A stretch of DNA of 64,000 bases from Nemertoderma westbladi. Its lineage: Eukaryota > Animalia > Xenacoelomorpha. Of the stretch, positions 51,348 to 62,765 are shown in pieces. The stretch's first letter is position 1. The number at the start of each line of letters is the position of its first letter. The notes beneath the pieces were generated by a model. It was not told where the DNA came from and did no database searches. It saw only the letters and a program-made list of their open reading frames with translations. The translations under genes and the position numbers were made by a program. The stretch covers positions 44,154 through 108,153 of the forward strand of contig JAUCBJ010002638.1 in NCBI GenBank assembly GCA_032718475.1. The letters are read 5' to 3'.

Positions 51348-51543
51348 ACGATATATTAGTTAGGTGCGGCTCCAATTCTTCTGATCATTTGTTTTCCCCG
51401 GCACTTTAGAATTATTATCCAGATTGGTTTTGAAACGTTGCTTTAATATGAGAATTTCACTCCTTTCATTATCTTTTCATAAGATACACGTACAAATTAC
51501 CAAAATGATCACACAATTAACATTTTTATATTAAATTTTCCTA
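51348..51543. repeat. About 195-bp direct repeat, copy 2
   Basis: See 49765-49958. Confidence 0.9.
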
Positions 51544-51665
51544 CTCGGATAGAATTCACTCAAGGGAATTATTTATGTGGGTTTAAGTTACTCTGAGCAA
51601 GCCTATCATTATAGTGAATTTTAATTGTTTTGCATTTAACAATTGTTAATTATTAATCCGACACA

Positions 51666-52380
51666 TTGTTTCACTAATTAATTTCACCAATTTACAACCC
51701 AAATTAAATTTGCTCCAGTTTGAGTTTGCGAATGTATTTTATTATATCTCAACAATAGACGAAACGAGGAAATATTCTAATAACGATTGTCTATCTATGT
51801 GTAAGTTTTCCATTTCACCATTCTTATTCGTTTCAGTCTGGGAATAAATTTCGGTTTGCATATGTTTCATTAGACTAATTGTCAATGTGCAGTTAAGAAT
51901 CCATTATACGTTTCCATGACAACACACAGTTATCGGGGTAGGACTTTGTATAAAGTACTTTCAAAAGAAAGTATAAGTTAGGACTTTAGCGCTCCCGGAG
52001 TTTATGCAAACGCTTTTATTATTAATTATTGATAAGTGTGAAATTGGCTATTCGCAAAACTGAGGGGTAATCGCAATCAATATTCAGCGAATTAGCGTAT
52101 TATGGTATTTTTGGGTTACGGGGCTACAATCTGGCCGGGCAGTTCTAACGACGTAGTGGATTGCACCATAACTATGGATGACGAACTCGACTGCAGGGAT
52201 GCGTGACTTCTGGTTACAGATGATACTTCCGGCTGAACTCTTACACTAACTATAAATTTAACTGGTTGAATTATTAAAGTGCTAAATATTATATAAGAAT
52301 TTTATTAAATCAATTTTCTGTATTAGGGTATTTTCGGTCTTACAATCATTTAGTACTTAGTACATATTGAATATAAGTGT
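51666..52380. repeat. Diverged duplicated non-coding segment, copy 1 (copy 2 at 54977-55420)
   Basis: Collinear shared blocks, e.g. gacaacacacagttatcggg, taggactttgtata, gactttagcgctcccggagttt, aattggctattcgc. Copy 1 has an extra ~220 bp at about 52110-52330. Confidence 0.8.
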
Positions 52381-53076
52381 GATTGACTAATCAACGAAAA
52401 TTAAAATAACACGAGAAAAAGTAAACAAAAATATTGATAATTAGTTAAAAAAAAAATATAGCAGACAATAAAAGTCAGAAAAACCGACATAATGATTTAT
52501 GTAAAGGAACTTTCATATTTTACCGATTTATAACTGATGTTACACGAATAATGATTGGATTGTAGGCCTATTATTTTTCCTGCAAGTACTGTAAATGGAT
52601 AAAATTGAAACAATAACTATTTTCATCATTGTGTGAATAGTTTCACAACAATAACAAGCAGTATTTATGTACCGAGCGAGGGTGGCGAGGGATGTTTCCA
52701 TAAATATACAAGGGTCATTCATTCATAAACGTTGACAGTGCCCTTTTCACAAAATGGCCATTTTGTTAAATTATGTCAATTTAACGACGTTCTGAAAGCT
52801 TAGTTATTAGCGTTAATATTGTAATGTTTAGGAATATTAATGAAATTCATATCCTTTTTAAGCAACTAATTTCAGTTGGTACATCAACTAAATAATCTAA
52901 CACTTAGCCTACAATCAATGGCTATCAAGTTGTTAATTTTCATAAAAATAGCGCACGTTTAGGTACGCCTATAATGCACTAATTATTGCAATTTACCTGC
53001 TATAAAAGAAAAGGCAACTTTGTGGAATACAATTACGCATTACTCTACATAAAAACAAATAGAGTTTTCTCTTTAA

Positions 53077-54963
53077 CCCTTTCCGGCCTGAATTAATTTA
53101 ATTTAGGAAAAAAAATTGGTTGGTCTTGTTAATGGGTTAATTATACACCAAATAATAATTTTCGATGAAAAAATTTTCAAAAAATTATTTCCAATGTTGT
53201 TTTTTTTATTGTATACAAAAGTATACGTTAGGTATATGAAACATGTTCCCAATGTATACTTTTGTATACGAACTCTAGATTGTACGTACTTACTTACATA
53301 CATACATCGTATAGTAAGTATATTCTATATATATATATATAATATAGAGAATAAACAAAACATGCAACGAGCAGGCAATTTTAATGAAAAAAATTTAAAT
53401 TATGTTTTTTCGGAATGAAAAGCTGTCAATACTTTGAAATTTGCCAAAATGCCAAAATTTTATAATTTTGTGTGTTTTCACAACACACGTTGTTTAAAAG
53501 CAACACAGTGCGACAAAAAAACTTAAAATGAAGAATTATACAGTGAATGTTTTTTTCTGTCAGTTTTGTTCAAGTTTGAAAAAAACAGTTTCGACTAACT
53601 TTTTTCAACTGTTTGTATGTCTATCTGCCCTGCCTGTTTACTGTGGGTGTACAACATCTACTCCCCAACGGTGGTGGCTGCACCACATCTAATCCCCAAT
53701 GGTGGCTGAATCATATCTACTCCCATGGCCCAATGGTTAACATCTACTCCATATGGTGGCTACTCCCCAATGGTCAACATTTACTCCATATGGTGGCTAC
53801 ACCACATCTACTCATCAATGCTCAGCATCTACTCCACTATGGTGGCTGCACCACATCTACTCATCAATGCTCAGCATCTACTCCACTATGGTGGCTGCAC
53901 CACATCTACTAATCAATGGTCAGCATCTACTCCCCAATGGTGGCTGCACCACATCTACTCATCAATGGTGGCTGCACCACATCTACTCCCCAATGGTGGC
54001 TGAATCACATCTACTACCAAGGCCCAATGGTTAACATCTACTCCACTATGGTGGCTGCACCACATCTACTCATCAATGGTCAGCATCTACTCCCTAATGG
54101 TGGCTGCACCACATCTACTCCCCAATGGTGGCTGCACCACATCTACTCCCCAATGGTGGGTGCGCCAGATTTACTCTCCAATGGTGGCTGCACCATATCT
54201 ACACACCTACGGTGGTGGATGTACCACATCTACACCCCAATAGTGGCTGCATCACATCTACTCCCAAGGCCCAACATCTACACCCCTATGGTGGCTACGC
54301 CACATCTACTCCCCAATGGAGGCTGTTCCACATCTATTCTACAATGGCGACTGCACCACATATATCCACAATGGTGGCTGCATCACCTCTACTATCCTAT
54401 GGTCAAGATCTACTCCCCATGGTGACTGCACCACATGTAGGCCTACACACCCCCCAATGGTGGAAGCACCACATCACACAAACGGTGGCTGAATCACATC
54501 TACTCCCCAACGGTGCTGCACCACATCTACTCCACAACTGTGACTGCACCACTTCTACTCCCCAACTTTATAAACCTAACGTAGACAAATGTATACAGTG
54601 GTTTATCAATAACACTACCAGCCTACCTGTACTGTAAAGTTTATCCTGGAAGTATTATTATCTCATTGGACAATCCATATTTGGAATACCCAATCAAAAT
54701 TCTCAATATCGCTTTGCCAAAGCATTTAAATAACCATCTTTCCTATGCCAGGTAGTCATCATGTCAATACCTGAAAACACGGCTTCTAAAACCGTTCATT
54801 GAAGCCTTCTACTACAATTATCCAATCAGAATCGGTAATTTATAAGTAAAGGAAGTGTGATAGTGCCTCAATTGGATGAAACCAACTATAATTAGTTAAA
54901 ATTATGCAATTCGTAGTGAAATAAATTCAGTGTATACAAAAATATACAGTCGGCTGGAAAGGG
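53077..54963. mobile_element. piggyBac-like non-autonomous element
   Basis: TTAA|CCCTTTCCGGCC ... GGCTGGAAAGGG|TTAA: 12-bp TIRs with one mismatch, CCC/GGG ends and a TTAA target duplication. Confidence 0.7.
53650..54565. repeat. Degenerate ~28-bp minisatellite (catctactccccaatggtggctgcacca) inside the piggyBac-like element
   Basis: Visible tandem units with shorter variants; these account for the overlapping repetitive ORFs. Confidence 0.92.
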
Positions 54964-54976
54964 TTAACCATAAAAT

Positions 54977-55420
54977 TGTTTCACTAATATTTTAACAAAA
55001 TTTAGATCCTCAATTTGTGGTATCTCAACAATTAGACCGGATGAATTTTGAAATAACGATTGTCAATGTCTAGGTTTTCCATTTCACGGCAATCACTCAC
55101 TAGATAATAATATGTCGCCTGTGCAATAAATTGAAATACATTGTATGGATGTCCAGGTAAGAAACCGTTACGTTACCAAGACAACACACAGTTATCGGGT
55201 TAGGACTTTGTATAGAGTACTATCAAAGACTATCGAAGTTAAGACTTTAGCGCTCCCGGAGTTTGTGAAAACGCTTTTGTTATTAGGTAATAAGTGTGCA
55301 ATTGGCTATTCGCGAAACGGTGGGGTATTCGCAATTAACATTCAGCAAGTTAGCGTATTAGGGTATTTGCTTGCGGTCTTATAATAATTTAGCACTTAGT
55401 ACAAATTAAATGGAATGTAA
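54977..55420. repeat. Diverged duplicated non-coding segment, copy 2
   Basis: See 51666-52380. Confidence 0.8.
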
Positions 55421-55501
55421 GTGTAAGAAGTGTGTTTGTAAGTTAGCATTATGGCCATTCGATACTCTTGAGTGTTTAAGTGTGTTTGAAAAGTACCAAT
55501 T

Positions 55502-56560
55502 CCCCCAGTGCTGTAGGTGCGTGAGATATCAGTCTACACACACCCCCAGTGCTGTAGGTGCGGGCCGATGCATTGTGTGAGATATCAGTCTACACACACC
55601 CCCAGTGCTGTAGGTGTGTGAGATATCAGTCTACACACACCCCCAGTGCTGTAGGTGTGTGAGATATCAGTCTACACACACCCCCAGTGTTGTAGGTGCG
55701 GGCCGATGCATTGTGTGAGATATCAGTCTACACACACCCCCAGTGCAGTAGATGCGGGAGATATCAGTCTACACGCACCCCCAGTGCTGTAGGTGCGGGC
55801 CGATGCATTGTGTGAGATATCAGTCTACACACACCCCCAGTGCAGTAGGTGCGGGAGATATCAGTCTACACACACCCCCAGTGCAGTACAGTAGGTGCGG
55901 GAGATATCAGTCTACACACACCCCCAGTGCTGTAGGTGCGGGAGATATCAGTCTACACACACCCCCAGTGCTGTAGGTGCGGGAGATATCAGTCTACACA
56001 CACCCCCAGTGCTGTAGGTGCGGGCCGATGCATTGTGTGAAATATCAGTCTACACACACCCCCAGTGCTGTAGGTGCGGGCCGATGCATTGTGTGAGATA
56101 TCAGTCTACACACACCCCCAGTGCTGTAGGTGCGGGAGATATCAGTCTACACACACCCCCAGTGCTGTAGGTGCGGGAGATATCAGTCTACACACACCCC
56201 CAGTGCTGTAGGTGTGGGAGATATCAGTCTACACACACCCCCAGTGCTGTAGGTGCGGGAGATATCAGTCTACACACACCCCCAGTGCTGTAGGTGTGGG
56301 AGATATCAGTCTACACACACCCCCAGTGCTGTAGGTGCGGGAGATATCAGTCTACACACACCCCCAGTGCTGTAGGTGTGGGAGATATCAGTCTACACAC
56401 ACCCCCAGTGCTGTAGGTGCGGGAGATATCAGTCTACACACACCCCCAGTGCTGTAGGTGCGGGAGATATCAGTCTACACACACCCCTAGTGCTGTAGGT
56501 GCGGGAGATATCAGTCTACACACACCCCCAGTGCTATAGGTGCGGGCCGATGCATTGTGT
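55502..56560. repeat. 41-bp minisatellite (gagatatcagtctacacacacccccagtgctgtaggtgcgg) with 56-bp long variants
   Basis: About 23 units visible; long units carry an extra gccgatgcattgtgt. Confidence 0.97.
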
Positions 56561-56968
56561 AGCCTTACATAATTCCTTGGTAAGTTTCACTTTCCTCGAT
56601 TACGTTAAATGTGACTTTACATGTTAAGTGTAATAGGCCTGGGGGGGGGGGGGGGGGGGGGGGGGGGTAAACCACAACATAATAGCAAATCTGTTCAGAA
56701 TGATATTATATATGCATATTAAAATATATAATAGTGCGGGCAAGCTTAAGGAGTTTACAATTCTATTTGATAGAATTGTCAAAACTTTGTACCTGTAACA
56801 ATAAATGAAATTTAAAAGTGTAATTCATATTACATCTTAATTGTTGGATTTTTGGTTTAAGAACAACTATCTGAAAATACATATTTACATGAATCAGTTT
56901 CATATTATTGCACAAAGTTTCGGCCACGTAGTATTCAAAAATAATTATAATATTCACGATCATCGGTT

Positions 56969-57628
56969 CTACATTAGTTGATAACCATCGCAGTCATCCA
57001 GTCCAGAATATATCACATCATCTTCCCCCAATAGATCGCTACCCATTTCGTCTGACAGACAACGTTTGATCTGGTCTTTTCTCAGACATTCCATATATTC
57101 CAACCGCACTTTCTTTATATATTCCGTTTCCCTGAGGGTCGCTATGTATGGATCCATGACCTTCGCCCGGAGTCCTCCTCTCACGCAATCCGCCTTGCCA
57201 TTACGATCACAGCCGTGTCCGAACTGATAGAACCCAATCCCGCACTTATCCATCCCGTGATGCGATAGTAGGTCGTTTTGAGGCGGAGTGATTGTCCGGT
57301 TGTAGACTTCCTTGTACAGATCCTTCGCATACTCTTCGTACTTCCGCAATTGCTCAGTAATATAATCTCGATCTTCCTTTAATCGGGAGAGTTTTAACTT
57401 GAATCGTAAATTTTCACTTTTTTCCACCTGTAATGCTTTCTCTGCTTTTTTGTTATCTTTTTTCGCACAACGTTTTTCTGTCTTTAATGTTTCGTGCACC
57501 GCATGCGACAGTTCCCCCATCATATCACAGTACTTCTCCTTCTCTGTGCGCCGTAGTTGTTTTTTAGGGCGCTGGCTAACTGCTATTCCTCCATCGCGAT
57601 CTACTTTTATTATCGGTAAATGAACCAT
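56969..57628 (-). CDS. Hypothetical 219-aa protein with a predicted coiled coil, intronless
   Basis: ATG-initiated, non-repetitive 660-bp ORF, more GC-rich than its AT-rich flanks, with a charged heptad-like middle section. No family recognised. Confidence 0.6.
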   Translation of the reverse strand: MVHLPIIKVDRDGGIAVSQRPKKQLRRTEKEKYCDMMGELSHAVHETLKTEKRCAKKDNKKAEKALQVEKSENLRFKLKLSRLKEDRDYITEQLRKYEEYAKDLYKEVYNRTITPPQNDLLSHHGMDKCGIGFYQFGHGCDRNGKADCVRGGLRAKVMDPYIATLRETEYIKKVRLEYMECLRKDQIKRCLSDEMGSDLLGEDDVIYSGLDDCDGYQLM

Positions 57629-59945
57629 AATTACTATTATTTTATTTTATTCTACTGTATGGGATTTTTCTAAGTACATAAGTTTTTTTCGTACTTCGAA
57701 GGACAATAATTATACTTAGAATTATTTCGTACTGTTGTTGGCCTTTCCAAATTTTTCAGCGAATTCTATTGAATAAATTTTAATATAAATTCTGTGATGT
57801 TTTTTTTCTTTTAAAAAGGTCAAGCGAAAAGGGTACTGTACTTTACTTAGGCCCATTCTTTACTTAGTTCAAAAACCAAAATATGACACTAGCTAACGTT
57901 CTAGAATATCTAAACTGTTATAAATTTGTTGGCATGCTTTGGAGAGACAGGGTGTGGGAGGGGGTGGGGGGGGGGGGGGGGGGGGGCTTGACACAATCTC
58001 ATCGTGGCTTAGGGAATGGTGCAGTTTACTGTGGTACGTTATTCTAAAGAAAACAATGAACGAAACTCAAAAGAACAGGTTAGTTTTATTTTTGGGATTG
58101 GGAGTAATCAGCTGTTATTTGCGTCGCAATTCCCCTGGAGAGGGAGGAATTTTTATTATGTCGAAAGCCCCCCGCCCCCCCCCCCCCCTACCTGGCTTTG
58201 GAGAAACAAAATGAAAGTAACATTAGTTTTCCGCATTAATCAAAAGGAAGTAATAGTCAAGAAAAGCATTATTCTATTCGGTATCGTATTCCGTGAAATT
58301 TAAAACATTTAAATTCGACACACCGCCGAGATTAAAATGGAGCTAGAATTTTATATTTTACTTTAATTTTTTCTTACAAATTGTTTAGAAAAGTGTCTTT
58401 CGTTAAATTGTACCCTTTGTTTAGTAACCATTATTTACATTAATCCTGATCTGTTTATATCATTACAGTAGAACGCTTTCGTTGCATCCATTCCTAATGG
58501 GTACCGGTACTGTAAAAAATGTCCTTTATTAAATTCTGTTTAATAAATACACAACATTCTGGAACGTATTGATTACCTCATGGGTATCTAGGTAACCATT
58601 TATATATTCCACCTATCAGCTGTTTCTCAGCGATACAAACATATCTTCACTTGGAATCCTTCTAACACAAGCTTTCTGATGATATTAAACAACTAATGTT
58701 GGGCCTACGGTGGCTAAAAACGGTCAAAACAATTCACAAATTTTTTAAATTTTTAACCATCATTTTCTTTTTTTTTCTTTAATTTCATTCCGGATAAACC
58801 CAGATTGAAATTTATGTCAACCCGGAAGGACCGCGTAGATATATACGCGTGGGAATTGTTATCATTATTAATTGATTAAGACGCAGTTAGTCCTAGAAAA
58901 GTCCTACAAAACTTACAATAAACATCGAAAAACTTGTTACTACAGTAACTCTTTTTTCACTTCCTATGCTGTGTTTGTTTACTAACAACAGCGAACAGCT
59001 GAATTCAACACGGGTTGAAATTCATTTCAACTCAGGTCAGTCTATCCCTTTTTCTCTTTGTCGGCAAATGTTTGAAGGCTAATAATTCAAGTTAATCTTT
59101 GATGTAACTAAACCAAATCTGGTACACAGTCTATCGAAAGTCTGAAATATAATTTGCCTGTGGGGTCTCAGCAGTTCTTCAGTCCAGGCTAGAGGGCGAC
59201 TAGGCAACGGTTGTAATAGCGGTAGCCCGGTAGCCGTGTGGTAGAGATAAGGTTGCTTGCTGCACGAACGTGGAACTGTATTGTATTTACTGTATTTAGT
59301 GACAATCGATTACTTTGAAAAATAACTGCTTGATCCATTGACTAAGAGTTTTTTAGTGCCGTGTAACCAGATTGCTATAACCGACTATTAAAGGAACTTT
59401 GGTACAACAATTATGTAAATTTGGCACAATACAAATTATATTATATGTTTGTGTGTGGTTATTCTAATTACGCTAACTTTATGTTTGTAGGTGGCGTATT
59501 TATCGTATTCTGGCTGGACAGATGGATTGTACAAAATAGGGTTGGTGCGCGAAAAAATTGTTGACTAGAAGTTTTAATGCTGGTAGGCCTACAGTAGTTG
59601 AATTAATTGATATCTGAAGAAGTCATAATCAGCTTTGTGTCTAATCATTTTTGTAGTTCCAGTAGTTTTCAATTCCACCTAGAAATCCTCGGGAGATATT
59701 ATAATGAATGATAATGATGAAAAAAAGCATTTATTATTGTCAGGTTTAAAATTATTGCAAAATTTATTACATTATTTGTTTAATGTTTTTAATATTTAAT
59801 TCTTCAACTAATTTTTGTGGACCAATAATAAATGAACTTAAAAATACGTATGGAAATATTATCTGTGCCAATGAAATAAAGTAATTAACATTATTAAATA
59901 AAGCATAAAATAAAGATTATTTATTTCTCGTAAGTTATAATTATT

Positions 59946-62267
59946 TCAATAATCGAGTCGATGAGAACTATTCGATTCCTCGATGTCTTCCCCGCTACCG
60001 CTGTTCTCAGTAATCTCTTCAGGAACATTAGCGACCATGGTTCTGGACCGTTCTGCAGCTAAGCGGGCGAGCGCTCCAACGTTGAGCAACGTGTCGTCAC
60101 GGGCGGTCGAGTCATCCAATCCGCAATCAATAAGTTGCCGTCTAATTAATTGTAAATACCCGCTACCGTCCCCGTCGTGGTCAACCAATAATGCATTACT
60201 AAGAGGACTGACGTCATCCAAGGTGCGAATAGCAGCGCCAGCTGCGACGTCATCCACGCATTCACTAGCCGGACCAGCTGTGACGTCATCCACGCTTAGA
60301 CTAGCCGGGTCAGGTGTGACGTGACCGACACACTCACTAGCCATACCAGCTGCGACGTCATCCACGCACCCACTAACCGCGCCAGCTGTGACGTCACCCA
60401 GACGAACCCCACCCGCCACCGCCTCCCTTGCACTCCACTCTACTTCCTTTACTTTCAACGCCACCTTCAATTCACTCAACATTTGATTCTCAACATTTAC
60501 TCTATGTAATTTCCTCTCCCTTTCCGATATATCCTCAACCTCTCCAACCCTCACGCTTTCTCTCGACTCCTCAGTAACAACAGCTTCGAACACCTCATCC
60601 CGAGGACCAGTATCGCGACATTGTTCCACCTTACCATCGTTCCGCTCATTGACCACATTATCTTCAACGACTTCTGAATAATTATCCAAATTATCGTCTT
60701 CATTATTGGCTGAAGAGGAATCAATTAAATTCCTGATATATTCGCAACAGGTTTCGCTGGCTTTCAAGCGACTACTTATATTTCCAAGAAATTCTTTATA
60801 AACCTCAGCGTTTTCGTTCACTTCTACGTTACTTTGAATCTCTAGTGTTTGCTGTAACGCATTATGGAAGTGTAACTCTAAACTGCGGACGGCATTGTTT
60901 AGTAGATTCGTCGGCTCCATCGGTTGTCTGTTCGACGGACGAGATTCACTCCGAAGCAAGTTGCATCGATGCAGTTCCAGGTTGTTTTCTAATTGAGCCG
61001 CTCGAAAAATCAAATCCTCCCCTAATTGCTGACAGATCGCTACGTGTCTTAAACCGTTGTCGCCTTCTGTAGCGAACCCTAGGGCGAGTCGACGCAGCAG
61101 TTCGGATAGGATCTCGCAACATAAATTGTAGACGACTTTTAGAGATTTCGTCGAGAAGTTATCGGTGAATGTAACGAGGTCGCTTTCGTGCTCGTCCACT
61201 CCGTCGCAACAGACGGTGAGTTCCTTGGCGCAAACCGCTAGAGGCGTACAGGATACGTACCACAGCGGGTTGTCCAGATCGTTAGGTAACGGATAGTGCG
61301 TCACTAACGCGCGAACGGCCGACCTGCAGGTCAATAAAGCATTGCGGAGGGAAATAAAGGTGCATCTACGTAGAAGAGGGTTAGATCTAGAATCTGATTC
61401 TATAGCGAAATTTATGTTATAAGGTAAGATACTATAACCTCTGGCTGTAATATCGTATTCAACAATAAATCCTAGACATTTTCTACCGGCTAATTTTAAA
61501 CGGTTGGCAACCGTTGCTAAGTGTTGAACAGATTTTTCGGAGGATTTTATCTCGGCGCCCAAACCAATAATTTTATATAAATCCAACGATATTTTTCCAC
61601 ACGATAATGTTACCAACAAGCTGATAACTATTCTCAGCTGATCGAATATCGCATCCAGGTTGAATTCCTTAAGTAACGCGAATAGAGATAGTTTGGGGGT
61701 TAACCACATCAATAACATAGATAACAACAGTCCAGAGGCGGTAATGGATTTCGATAGAAATCTTACATTGTTCAGGATAGTGCACTTTTCATAAGTAGAG
61801 TCTTTTGAACGTGAAAATGTATCTTCCAAAAACTCAGATACAAAATTTACATCGCTGTCATTCATGGCACCAGACACGGTAAGGACATTGACATTAACAC
61901 AATTCACATCACGTTTAATCTCTTCTAAATAATTATAATGTTTCGCAACAATGTTTTTCATAAAATTTCTACATTTTCTGAATATATCGTATAAAATTAA
62001 AGGGATTAATTTAAGTTTAAATGTGTCATGATTGTTCTTCTTCTCCACCGAAGCTACGTCGATGTCATATATGTTTTTGTTTTGGAGATAGCAATGCAAA
62101 GGGGAGTTTTCCAATACCACTGAACCATCTGAGTCAACGATCGATTCATTTTGGTTACTGTGGCAACTTCCGGTGTCTGTGGATGCTGTTTCTTCCAAAA
62201 TTTCCTCCTCGTTTTCTATAATTTCGTAATACAAACAGTCTAACTCAGCCAATGAATTAGTTTCCAT
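59946..62267 (-). CDS. VEZT: Vezatin, intronless
   Basis: VVLENSPLHCYLQ, two hydrophobic segments, IVEYDITARGYS, YPLPNDLDN..YVSCTPL, TDNFSTKSLK, SELLRRLAL, VRSLELH, EVFEA, MLSELKVALK and LAAERSR match vezatin family blocks. Confidence 0.88.
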   Translation of the reverse strand: METNSLAELDCLYYEIIENEEEILEETASTDTGSCHSNQNESIVDSDGSVVLENSPLHCYLQNKNIYDIDVASVEKKNNHDTFKLKLIPLILYDIFRKCRNFMKNIVAKHYNYLEEIKRDVNCVNVNVLTVSGAMNDSDVNFVSEFLEDTFSRSKDSTYEKCTILNNVRFLSKSITASGLLLSMLLMWLTPKLSLFALLKEFNLDAIFDQLRIVISLLVTLSCGKISLDLYKIIGLGAEIKSSEKSVQHLATVANRLKLAGRKCLGFIVEYDITARGYSILPYNINFAIESDSRSNPLLRRCTFISLRNALLTCRSAVRALVTHYPLPNDLDNPLWYVSCTPLAVCAKELTVCCDGVDEHESDLVTFTDNFSTKSLKVVYNLCCEILSELLRRLALGFATEGDNGLRHVAICQQLGEDLIFRAAQLENNLELHRCNLLRSESRPSNRQPMEPTNLLNNAVRSLELHFHNALQQTLEIQSNVEVNENAEVYKEFLGNISSRLKASETCCEYIRNLIDSSSANNEDDNLDNYSEVVEDNVVNERNDGKVEQCRDTGPRDEVFEAVVTEESRESVRVGEVEDISERERKLHRVNVENQMLSELKVALKVKEVEWSAREAVAGGVRLGDVTAGAVSGCVDDVAAGMASECVGHVTPDPASLSVDDVTAGPASECVDDVAAGAAIRTLDDVSPLSNALLVDHDGDGSGYLQLIRRQLIDCGLDDSTARDDTLLNVGALARLAAERSRTMVANVPEEITENSGSGEDIEESNSSHRLDY

Positions 62268-62750
62268 GATTAAAACTCATTTATGTAGGCCTACCGGTAC
62301 TATTAGTTAACACAAATAAATAAATCTAAACGCTACCTGTAGTTGTGTAGGTCTATAATGCATTAATACATACCGGTATACAGTTATAAGTACGCCCGCT
62401 GTTCTGAGACAAATACCTCGAAAAGGCAGGAATTTGGAAGGATTTAGTTAAACACATCCGGAAACCATATTATCGGCCCTTTGGGCCTTACTGCCTTATG
62501 GTAATAATATCGGAAATTCCGTGAAATTTATTAGATTAGTTACATGACAGTTTTAATTAGGATTTAGGCCAGGCCAATAGGCCGTCGGACATTCCTTACT
62601 ACCAGAATAGACTGCAGTACTACAGTACTATAACATGAACATACATTTACAATGTATACATCAGTCAGTCGGTACATGGATGCAGGACAGGTACCTAGCG
62701 GTGTGCACGTGCTGACGTGAGAAGACAGAACATTCTGGTTTTATATACAT

Positions 62751-62765
62751 TTTAAATTTCCCGCC
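62751..62765. promoter_or_regulatory. Second CHR-like + E2F composite (TTTAAA-TTTCCCGCC)
   Basis: Same arrangement as 39841-39854, about 490 bp upstream of the VEZT ATG. Target gene uncertain. Confidence 0.4.

Noticed and set aside
53613-55976. His/Trp-rich repetitive ORFs
   Set aside because: They are translations of minisatellites open in several frames at once.
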